A stretch of DNA of 44,140 nt. Source: a virus (Duplodnaviria > Caudoviricetes). The notes beneath the pieces are model-generated. The model worked only from the letters and a program-made list of their open reading frames with translations, did no database searches and was not told where the DNA came from. The DNA lies in IMG/VR virus record IMGVR_UViG_3300025600_000030, positions 1-44,140 of that record. One strand, 5' to 3'. This document shows, piece by piece, positions 26,719-33,641 of this stretch; position 1 is the stretch's first letter, and each line of letters starts with the position of its first letter. The position numbers and the translations under genes were made by a program.

Positions 26719-27066
26719 TCACTCCCTACTTAGTTCGCTGATTTCTATTATTTCGTTTTGCTCTATCAGATTGACTATGTGTTCTATTCGAACCGTTGCC
26801 GCTATGGTCTTTTCTGTGTTATCGTCTATTCTAGCAATAACCGTTTCAGTGCGTTCGCCCTGTATGTTCTGACCCTTAAGTATTACAGCCAGTAAAACTA
26901 GTTGCAGGAAGGTTTGTGCTACCCAAGACACCATTGTCAGTATGTCATGCGACCTTATAGCCGAGGGAAGCGATATACAAGCCAGAACCGCAAATATGTA
27001 AGCACAAGGCATAGAGCCCACAACCTTAGTAATTGTCAGCGCTATTTTATCGTTTAGCTTTTTCAT
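26719..27066 (-). CDS. Two-TM membrane protein, DUF1003-like
   Basis: LNDKIALTITKVVGSM...SWVAQTFLQLVLL..I..GQN; ATG at 27066 after GAGGAG. Confidence 0.65.
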   Translation of the reverse strand: MKKLNDKIALTITKVVGSMPCAYIFAVLACISLPSAIRSHDILTMVSWVAQTFLQLVLLAVILKGQNIQGERTETVIARIDDNTEKTIAATVRIEHIVNLIEQNEIIEISELSRE

Positions 27067-27211
27067 TCGGTCGCTCCTCAACGATAAAGACATTCCCTAA
27101 CTTATCGCACCATTCGCATTGTTCTCGTTCCTTGACTTTCCAGTCGCGTTTGACTATGTAGCAATTGATGTAGTCCTTAAGATGTCTATCACATAAGCAT
27201 ATCGTTCTCAT
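27047..27211 (-). CDS. Small Cys/His-rich hypothetical protein
   Basis: ATGA-coupled to the endonuclease stop; LCDRH...CEWC. Confidence 0.55.
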   Translation of the reverse strand: MRTICLCDRHLKDYINCYIVKRDWKVKEREQCEWCDKLGNVFIVEERPNEKAKR

Positions 27212-27972
27212 ACCGGTGTGACGTAAGTCCAATGACAGCCATAAGAGGATTCTATTAATCCTTTGCAGCATTTACCTATCGACGAATTGTCATATCCATA
27301 TTTACGCTTTACATCCATAGCACAGTCAAAATATTCGTCCGTATCAATGTTGTGTATTTTTCTTGAGTTATAAGCATCTACGCCCATATATTTTCCAACC
27401 CTCGCTTCACTTATCTTTTTCTTTGATTCATCAGTACGTTTTGAGCCATACGCATACGCCTGTTCTCCGGTTAAGTGTTGCCCATAAAAATAGTTAGCCT
27501 CTCCGGAACATCTGCCTTTATGTGCTATGCTAAGTTTCTTCTTGGTTTCTTCTGTGCGATGCGTTCCGTACATTGGATGATTCTCTTTGTCTTTAAATCT
27601 TTCCTTTGCGATTGCGCTTTGTTTCGCTCTCGTTTCTGGCGTGTGTCCTCTGCCGTACATTCCGTTAAGTTCTCCATATAGCGGCATGCCCGTATCTCCA
27701 CCAATAGTTCGATTGTAACCTTTAGACGAGTTAGTTGTGTCATACATTGCTATTAGTTCGATTTCTCTCGCCTTAGCTTCTTCGGCGGTTAGCCCCTGTT
27801 CGATAACTTGATGCTCCATGTTATCCCATCCGTATTTAGATATGGCGCTATAGAAGTGTTTGCTATCCTTGTATCCGTTTCCTCTAGCCCATCTTACTTT
27901 AACGTTTTTCTGCGATGTAATGCCTATATACATTTTTCCGTTTGGTGCCGTGTGCATATATACCGTGTACAT
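27208..27972 (-). CDS. Free-standing GIY-YIG homing endonuclease with NUMOD3 repeats
   Basis: TVY...MYIGIT...RW, E and GYNRT.GG; three (M/A)YGxxxTxExxxKxS repeats; C-terminal NUMOD1/IENR1-like SIGKCCKG. Confidence 0.92.
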   Translation of the reverse strand: MYTVYMHTAPNGKMYIGITSQKNVKVRWARGNGYKDSKHFYSAISKYGWDNMEHQVIEQGLTAEEAKAREIELIAMYDTTNSSKGYNRTIGGDTGMPLYGELNGMYGRGHTPETRAKQSAIAKERFKDKENHPMYGTHRTEETKKKLSIAHKGRCSGEANYFYGQHLTGEQAYAYGSKRTDESKKKISEARVGKYMGVDAYNSRKIHNIDTDEYFDCAMDVKRKYGYDNSSIGKCCKGLIESSYGCHWTYVTPV

Positions 27973-27978
27973 AATGTT

Positions 27979-28058
27979 CTCCTAACATTCTCCAATTCGG
28001 CATAAAGAAAGGACGGTGGAGTTCCGTCCTTATCGCGTAGCTATCGCTATTCTTTATG
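27979..28058 (-). ncRNA. Candidate structured cis-RNA (three-way junction with anti-SD loop)
   Basis: 28001-28009 pairs with 28050-28058; 28010-28016 pairs with 28024-28030; the loop AACUCCA is complementary to downstream UGGAG/GGAG. Confidence 0.55.
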
Positions 28059-28076
28059 TTTTATCTAAACTTTCGT

Positions 28077-29378
28077 TTAAACCGGCGTATTGATTGTTTG
28101 AACTAATCCGCGTTCTTTGTCGAAAATGAACGTCTGTGCCTTTCTTACTGAACCCACATATCCATTTTCAAACGTCCATGTATCATCAGCAGTAGGAGAT
28201 GATATGCGCTTAACTATTACTCCGTTCATTTCCAAAGTGGTTTGTTCGCTGTGAAAATGTGCGGCATGGAATTCGTGAAATTTCGACTGCGCCCACATTA
28301 GAGGAGCTTCAACAGGCATTAACGCAGCCAATCTGCACGGATTATCCTTGTTCCCCCTTAACGGTTTTTCGGTGTTGCCGTGTGAATATCCAACAAGTGT
28401 ATTTCCGTATAGCCTGTACTTTCTCCCAATCGGAGTTTTGTCAACGTCAACTCGTTCGTCGTTTCTAAACCACGCATTGACTGTGCTGACAATTCCGTAT
28501 GTTGTCACTTCATCATGATTTGACTTAACATAGAACGCACGAACAGGCGCAATGTCTTTTAGAAGCTCAATTGCCCAGATAACCATATCCGTCGCCGCAT
28601 CCGTGAGTTTCTGCCACCGAATATCTGTATCCATAGGCGTTCCTGCTGTTGTGGTTTTGTCTGGAGTATCGCTGTTTATTAGGTCGTTGCCTATTGGGAA
28701 CGATATGTACTCGATTGACTTACCCTTAAGCTCGTGGTATATATCGCTGATTATCTTTTTGAAAATGTCTCTTGATATTTTATAATCGTAATTGTTTCCG
28801 GTGTCTCCCCACCAACATAAGCGACCAAAATGTAAATCAGAAATGTTGATTTCAACTATTAGCTCGCCCTCTTGCCTTGCCGGCAATATAACTGGCGTTT
28901 TAAATTTACGTTCAAGTTCTGCAAAGTGTCTATCTATCGCCTTGAGGTCAAAGCCCCCGACTTTAGGTTTTGCGGTCAGCTTTGATTGATAGCTGATTTG
29001 CTTTGCGCCGCCCTTAACCTGCGTGTTCCACATGTTATTTTTATAGCTAACGACTTCCCACTTAGACTTATCTAAGCCGTGAGCTTCTAAGATAAAATCA
29101 GGCGTCATATCGTCGCCGTCGCGGATCACGATGAACTTCTCGGAGATTATTGAACCGTCCGATTTGTATTCAATGCTGGACTTTTGAAAATCATCAGCCT
29201 TTTTGGTTTCGTAGTACGATGAGTTGCGAATGCGTGACCGGATTCTCTCTTTGGCGTCAAGGTGACTGATTCCAGGGAAACGTTTTTCTATCTCGTCGTA
29301 AAGCTCGTCGGTAATCTTTGACCATTCGCGCCCATAGAGTTTATATAATCGTTCGGCTTCCTGTTTCCAATCCGTAAT
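28077..29378 (-). CDS. Calcineurin-like metallophosphoesterase with N-terminal extension; probable ATT start
   Basis: ISDLHFG, GNDLIN.D, SNHD, YSHG, HAAHFH. The frame is open 83 codons upstream of the track start, up to ATT at 29378 after AAGGGGTGA. Confidence 0.8.
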   Translation of the reverse strand: MTDWKQEAERLYKLYGREWSKITDELYDEIEKRFPGISHLDAKERIRSRIRNSSYYETKKADDFQKSSIEYKSDGSIISEKFIVIRDGDDMTPDFILEAHGLDKSKWEVVSYKNNMWNTQVKGGAKQISYQSKLTAKPKVGGFDLKAIDRHFAELERKFKTPVILPARQEGELIVEINISDLHFGRLCWWGDTGNNYDYKISRDIFKKIISDIYHELKGKSIEYISFPIGNDLINSDTPDKTTTAGTPMDTDIRWQKLTDAATDMVIWAIELLKDIAPVRAFYVKSNHDEVTTYGIVSTVNAWFRNDERVDVDKTPIGRKYRLYGNTLVGYSHGNTEKPLRGNKDNPCRLAALMPVEAPLMWAQSKFHEFHAAHFHSEQTTLEMNGVIVKRISSPTADDTWTFENGYVGSVRKAQTFIFDKERGLVQTINTPV

Positions 29379-29498
29379 GTCTCACCCCTTTTGTCCCCAA
29401 TTGTGTATAGTTTTGGTGACGAGTTTAATATGCGGTGTGCCGATGCTCGCTTCAAAAGTGCGGTTATTACGCCTAAACCTCGCGAGCGTGGTTTCTTC

Positions 29499-29572
29499 TG
29501 GCGGCGACAATAGGATTCGAACCTATACTGTCAGAATCAAAATCTGATGTGTTGCCATTACACTATATCGCT
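29499..29572 (-). tRNA. tRNA-Gln(UUG), CCA encoded
   Basis: Cloverleaf: AGCGATA/TGTCGCC acceptor, GTGT/ACAC D-stem, TCAGA-TTTTGAT-TCTGA anticodon arm, ATAGG-TTCGAAT-CCTAT T-arm, G-CCA end. Confidence 0.92.
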
Positions 29573-29588
29573 ATGAGATGTTATCTCT

Positions 29589-29666
29589 TGGAGTGCCATA
29601 AGAGATTTGAACTCTTACCGCTAGTTTGGAGGACTAGAGTGCTAAGCCGTTAAACACCAATGGCAC
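29589..29666 (-). tRNA. tRNA-Gly(UCC), CCA encoded, atypical C33
   Basis: GTGCCAT/ATGGCAC acceptor, CTAGT-CCTCCAA-ACTAG anticodon arm, AAGAG-TTCAAAT-CTCTT T-arm, U73-CCA end. Confidence 0.85.
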
Positions 29667-29715
29667 ATATTGTCAGGTTGCTTTAAATTTGGCTTGATAT
29701 GGTTGATTTTTACAC

Positions 29716-29754
29716 CACCTAAGGCATTGGTTTAAAATGCATTAGGTGTTTTTT
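29716..29754 (+). terminator. Hairpin with T6 on the + strand
   Basis: CACCTAAgGCATT-ggtttaa-AATGCaTTAGGTG then TTTTTT. Confidence 0.45.
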
Positions 29755-29802
29755 AGATACGCTCCCCGCCCCTGATCTAAATGTACCTATTCACCCAAAC
29801 GC

Positions 29803-29825
29803 AAAAGGAGCGATTTCTCGCTCCT
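29803..29825 (-). terminator. Intrinsic terminator-like hairpin between the middle genes and the tRNAs
   Basis: AGGAGCGA-GAAA-TCGCTCCT then TTTGCGTTT. Confidence 0.65.
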
Positions 29826-29889
29826 CCTACTTTTCACTAATGCTATTAAAACACACCTTTTTGGCTTTGATAGGTAGTTTTAAAAATAG

Positions 29890-30117
29890 TTACCAATTAT
29901 TTTTCCACGGTTCTTTGCCGTCGTAATACTTTTCGGCGATTCCTAATTGCTCGGTTGCCGTTAACGTGTTCAGCCTTGCATTCGACTTTTCAAGCGACGC
30001 TCTCGCGTTTTCTTCGCTTATGTAAAAAGCGCAGCCCTCTTTGCATTTATTAATTCTAGCAGCACCGCAACAGGGTTTTCCGTTTATGTCCCTACTCTCG
30101 TTTGCGCATTTATCCAT
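29890..30117 (-). CDS. Small Cys-rich hypothetical protein
   Basis: ATG at 30117 after GAAAGGA; C...CC...C..C.FY pattern. Confidence 0.65.
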   Translation of the reverse strand: MDKCANESRDINGKPCCGAARINKCKEGCAFYISEENARASLEKSNARLNTLTATEQLGIAEKYYDGKEPWKNNW

Positions 30118-30128
30118 TGTAATCCTTT

Positions 30129-30536
30129 CTATTCGTCCATCAGTCCGTAATGTTTTGCCACCAGCCGTATAAACTCGCGATTCCATTCTTTTGCGGTGTC
30201 GTAACTGACCGGAATGTTCAACGCTGCCCCCTGCATAGTGTGCGTGTTGTCCCAGTACATCAGCTTTATAAGCGTAAGCCTTTTCGTTCCGTTCCTGTAA
30301 CGCTCTGTGGTTGCTATTGCCTTGCAGACTGCCGCAAATTCTCGCTGTTGAGTTTTGGGAAGTTCAAGCAAAGAGAGGTTTTCAACCGTTCGGCAGACTT
30401 CCGAACCGTGAGGCATACTTGAATAAGCAGGCGTTATGCTCATGCTATGCAAATCCGAATATGCTTCCTTGAGTGCAGGATAACGCCTTGTCATGCCTTT
30501 TGCATAACTCCACCAGTCGTATGTTGGTTTACTCAA
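30129..30536 (-). CDS. Late transcriptional activator (RinA/ArpU-like, sigma-region-4-type HTH)
   Basis: LIKLMYW...TMQGAALNIPVSYDTAKEWNREFIRLVAKHYGL; last large gene before the packaging region. Confidence 0.8.
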   Translation of the reverse strand: MSKPTYDWWSYAKGMTRRYPALKEAYSDLHSMSITPAYSSMPHGSEVCRTVENLSLLELPKTQQREFAAVCKAIATTERYRNGTKRLTLIKLMYWDNTHTMQGAALNIPVSYDTAKEWNREFIRLVAKHYGLMDE

Positions 30537-30539
30537 GAG

Positions 30540-30680
30540 TTAATCCTCCCTACACTTCAAAATCACAATTGTTCGCTCTCCGACGTGGTTTCGCCAAAAC
30601 TTTGTCATGTGCTTATTCTCTATGCCGAGGATGAAGCACAATAAGCCACTATACGCCACGCCGCCTTTAATTATTAGCAT
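30540..30680 (-). CDS. Small hypothetical protein (absent from the ORF track)
   Basis: 46 aa MLIIKGGVAY...KCRED after GGGAGG; fills the gap. Confidence 0.5.
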   Translation of the reverse strand: MLIIKGGVAYSGLLCFILGIENKHMTKFWRNHVGERTIVILKCRED

Positions 30681-30880
30681 TGTTTGCCTCCCTTTGGCGG
30701 TTTCGGTAGTGGTTGCCAATGCGTAGGTTGATAATATCTTGTGTCATTCGCAGGTATGCAAAACGGATACGTGAAGTCGTGGTGATTGCAAAAAATGTGC
30801 ATATTGCCTTTTTTGTCAACAGTCAGAACGTCAACAAAATCCTCTGGCAACCTATCCCTAACGCTAATCCATTTGCTCAT
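30674..30880 (-). CDS. DUF551-family protein
   Basis: WISVRDRLPE...THWQPLPKPP. Confidence 0.88.
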   Translation of the reverse strand: MSKWISVRDRLPEDFVDVLTVDKKGNMHIFCNHHDFTYPFCIPANDTRYYQPTHWQPLPKPPKGGKQC

Positions 30881-31647
30881 GCTTTCCCCTCCCTTTCTAA
30901 CTGCGCAGTTGCGAGTTTGCGAAACTCGTCAGGGTAATGCATCCGCAAATTGTGACAGGTTCCATGCTTGAAGATTTTTTTAGGTGACATGTCACATTCC
31001 GTACAAGCTCTGCCGGCACAAAACTTTTGATGTAATCCGTATTCGGTCAAGTTGTCATATTTGCCTGTGATAGGTTCGATTAATTCAGCCGCGCTAACTT
31101 CGCCATAATTCGGTTCGTCGGTATCTTCTTCGCCCATATCGAGGTCGTCTGTACTTGTTTTGCTGTCAGTGGGAGTATGGGAGTTAGCAAATGGCAAATC
31201 AATCAATTCTGGTTTATTCTCATGTGTCCAGATTGCACCGAGCATATTCCAGACGAAAGCCCTGTCATGCGGTTCGTCTTTATCTCCGCGAAGATATTTG
31301 AGGTAGTGGCGTACTCCGCTGTCGATGAAGCAATGGAGGGGTTGTCCGAGTTCCCAATTTCTATCTCCATATTTTTGACATCCATCCTCATACTGCTTTG
31401 CAGCTTCAAGAAACGCAGTGTAATAATCCCACCGATGATTGCCGCAAAAACTTTGAATTGCAATCCATAAATCTCGAACGTCTCCGTGCCGAACATACTC
31501 TTCAATCTGGACAAGAATTCCGTCTTTCATATAAGTGCCAATAACTCTTAGCGGCAATAAATCGCATCTGCCTTTTCCGTCTGCCTTATCTCGCACGGCA
31601 CCTGTGCCGAAGTCTCGCCTTGCTCCGCTATCTTTTAAATCAGCCAT
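30877..31647 (-). CDS. dATP/dGTP diphosphohydrolase-like (DUF5664) protein with Cys-rich C-terminus
   Basis: GAVRD...KGRCDLLP, KYGDRNWELG, RHY...DEPHDRA..WN. Confidence 0.8.
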   Translation of the reverse strand: MADLKDSGARRDFGTGAVRDKADGKGRCDLLPLRVIGTYMKDGILVQIEEYVRHGDVRDLWIAIQSFCGNHRWDYYTAFLEAAKQYEDGCQKYGDRNWELGQPLHCFIDSGVRHYLKYLRGDKDEPHDRAFVWNMLGAIWTHENKPELIDLPFANSHTPTDSKTSTDDLDMGEEDTDEPNYGEVSAAELIEPITGKYDNLTEYGLHQKFCAGRACTECDMSPKKIFKHGTCHNLRMHYPDEFRKLATAQLEREGKA

Positions 31648-31961
31648 CTATTAACCCCCTCTAAAAATATGCTTCTGTCGTCCAAGTAGTAATCCGCTCC
31701 GACCTTGCGCGGTCTTGTGCCGTACTGCGCAACGCGTTCTGGCAGATTGTCGTTGATTGCGTCAAAGTGTAATCCTCTATCGGCGCACCAGATTATGGCG
31801 CGTGCCATCATTTCGCCCTCACGGCACGACCAAAAAATCAGCTTATCTCCGTCCGCTTTAAGTCGTTTGCAGTATTCGATTATGGCAAGTTTGGGTTCGC
31901 CTATTTCGGGCCATGCGTTTTCGCAGAGCGTTCCGTCGAAGTCAATTGCATAAACCGCCAT
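31635..31961 (-). CDS. Short HAD-superfamily phosphatase
   Basis: AIDFDGTL (DxDGT), WSCR, K..ADYYLDDR. Confidence 0.85.
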   Translation of the reverse strand: MAVYAIDFDGTLCENAWPEIGEPKLAIIEYCKRLKADGDKLIFWSCREGEMMARAIIWCADRGLHFDAINDNLPERVAQYGTRPRKVGADYYLDDRSIFLEGVNRWLI

Positions 31962-32270
31962 CTACATACCCTCGCTTTCTCTGCGCTTGTCCATCTTTGC
32001 GCCGCAGTTATCACAATAGGATGCGCGAAAATCTTCCCATTCGTGTTCTTCGCCACACTCGCTGCAAGTCTGAATACCATCTTCTTCTATCCATTCGCCG
32101 TGTATAACCGCGTCGATTGTTGGGGCGCGCCTTAGCTCCTTAATAAATTCGCTTACGGTGTATTTCTGCTTATTTTGTGCGTCGGCTTGCTCTCGCCTTG
32201 TTTCGCAAGGAGAACTTACCGTACAAACAATTGAATTTATAAATGCCTCACGGTCAATCAGTTCGCTCAT
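31962..32270 (-). CDS. Zn-ribbon hypothetical phage protein
   Basis: APTID...HGEW...CSECG...YCDNCGAKMD. Confidence 0.8.
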   Translation of the reverse strand: MSELIDREAFINSIVCTVSSPCETRREQADAQNKQKYTVSEFIKELRRAPTIDAVIHGEWIEEDGIQTCSECGEEHEWEDFRASYCDNCGAKMDKRRESEGM

Positions 32271-32431
32271 GTGTTACCCTCCTTTGTCAGTTTTGCTCTG
32301 CATTTTTGGGTTTCAAGCACTTCTTTTGAAAAGCAATGGAAAGGAATACAAATTCCGCAATGTACGCATCTCCAATGCGGCTCACAGCCTTTGTACATTA
32401 GGTTGTCTATTCTAACTACTTGGTGGTTCAC
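32267..32431 (-). CDS. Small Cys-rich protein (absent from the ORF track)
   Basis: GTGA-coupled 54-aa ORF MNHQVVRIDN...WRCVHCG; the stop overlaps the next ATG. Confidence 0.55.
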   Translation of the reverse strand: MNHQVVRIDNLMYKGCEPHWRCVHCGICIPFHCFSKEVLETQKCRAKLTKEGNT

Positions 32432-32676
32432 TCTTTATTCCTCCATTTGCAAAAATTACACGCTCCGTTGTGCGCCTCGCGATACCGTCCGCATTTGAGG
32501 CAAAGTTCGTTTCGCAGCGCCGAGTTCTTGTCTTTCAGTCGTTCGTTCTCTGTAATCAGGTCAGGAATGTCAGATAAGCAAGCTCTAAATAAGGTCTGTG
32601 CCTTTTTCCCATAGTATGTGTTCCACTGCTTGTTAACTGCTTCTAACCTCGCTCGTATCGCTTCAATATCTATCAT
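32428..32676 (-). CDS. Hypothetical protein
   Basis: ATG at 32676 after AAAGGAG; LRNELCLKCG...C..C.W. Confidence 0.7.
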   Translation of the reverse strand: MIDIEAIRARLEAVNKQWNTYYGKKAQTLFRACLSDIPDLITENERLKDKNSALRNELCLKCGRYREAHNGACNFCKWRNKE

Positions 32677-32687
32677 CGTTGCTCCTT

Positions 32688-32960
32688 TCATGCCCCTACG
32701 CGCTTCATGTGTGCTCTCGGCATCATTCCGCACGATATGGGCAGTTCTTTGTGTCGTTCCTTTGCGGGTGCTGTTTCAAGTCGTTCCGCACGCTTGCAAG
32801 CCTTGACCGATTCAAATTTGCAATCGGCGTATCCGAGCTTTATCATCGGGCAGTTATTGCACCTTGCTATGTTCTCTGGCGTTTCGACTTCGTTTGGTCT
32901 GCCGACTACGCCAGTTTTGGGTTTTTCCATCGGGTAAGCCCAAGGACGTTCTGCGTACAT
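32688..32960 (-). CDS. Hypothetical protein
   Basis: SD GAGGCGGTG; contiguous with neighbours. Confidence 0.55.
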   Translation of the reverse strand: MYAERPWAYPMEKPKTGVVGRPNEVETPENIARCNNCPMIKLGYADCKFESVKACKRAERLETAPAKERHKELPISCGMMPRAHMKRVGA

Positions 32961-32961
32961 T

Positions 32962-33267
32962 TCACACCGCCTCGCTGGCCTGTTTTAATTCCTCTTCAAG
33001 CGCTTCTAGCTTTTTGGAGTCTGTTTCAATAAACAAAAGGTCGGATTGAAATCCGGCAGATTTATCATATGCCACAAGTCCGTGGCCCAAGCCCTTTGCC
33101 ATTTCTCCTGCTAGTTCTAAGCATTCGCTTCTTTTGAGCTTATCTTCCAATTCCGTTCTGCCCCAGTCGGCGCCGATCAATCCAAATTCGCCATTTATAA
33201 ACGTGTGTATATTTTCTCCGCTAGGTAACAATTCGATTGCTTGCTCTGACGTTATGTATGCTCTCAT
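32962..33267 (-). CDS. Hypothetical protein
   Basis: SD GGAGGT; contiguous with neighbours. Confidence 0.7.
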   Translation of the reverse strand: MRAYITSEQAIELLPSGENIHTFINGEFGLIGADWGRTELEDKLKRSECLELAGEMAKGLGHGLVAYDKSAGFQSDLLFIETDSKKLEALEEELKQASEAV

Positions 33268-33269
33268 TT

Positions 33270-33641
33270 TTATACCTCCGTTATTGTTATTTCCGTTCTC
33301 GGGTTTTCCTTGTCGTAGTCTACGAAACTTCCATCATGCAAAAACGCTATTTTTGAGTTGTCATCCGCAATCACGCCATATTTCACAAATACGTCCATTG
33401 TCGCACCCAACAGGTTTATGAGGTCAACTTTTCTATGTGTGTCCATGAAATAAACGCATTTGATATTTACTGGAACGGCAATCATTTTGTGCTTACATGG
33501 GACAAAATAACCTGCGTCCTTTTCGTATTGCAGATATTGCTTTGATGGAATAACTTTCGGCTTACCATTGACGGTTATTATTTGGGGGCTGTTCTTTTTA
33601 GTGCGAGGTGGTAAGGGAATTGAGAATTGTGTTAAAATCAT
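33270..33641 (-). CDS. rusA: RusA-family Holliday junction resolvase
   Basis: PRTKKN, DLINL...D.....G..IADDN, DKENPRTEITI. Confidence 0.88.
   Translation of the reverse strand: MILTQFSIPLPPRTKKNSPQIITVNGKPKVIPSKQYLQYEKDAGYFVPCKHKMIAVPVNIKCVYFMDTHRKVDLINLLGATMDVFVKYGVIADDNSKIAFLHDGSFVDYDKENPRTEITITEV

Noticed and set aside
27208-28076. Group I intron around the GIY-YIG gene
   Set aside because: Flanking genes look complete, the downstream ORF is directly coupled, and there is no room for an intron core.
29414-29490. Third tRNA (tRNA-sized segment ending in ACCA with a partial terminal stem)
   Set aside because: No T-loop consensus or convincing cloverleaf; at most a degenerate remnant.
29589-29666. 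Reading the second tRNA as Trp(CCA)
   Set aside because: The perfect CTAGT/ACTAG stem centres UCC in the loop, and U73 fits Gly.
30877-31647. Z-genome (2-aminoadenine) system
   Set aside because: No PurZ, DatZ-like HD enzyme or phage DNA polymerase in the window.
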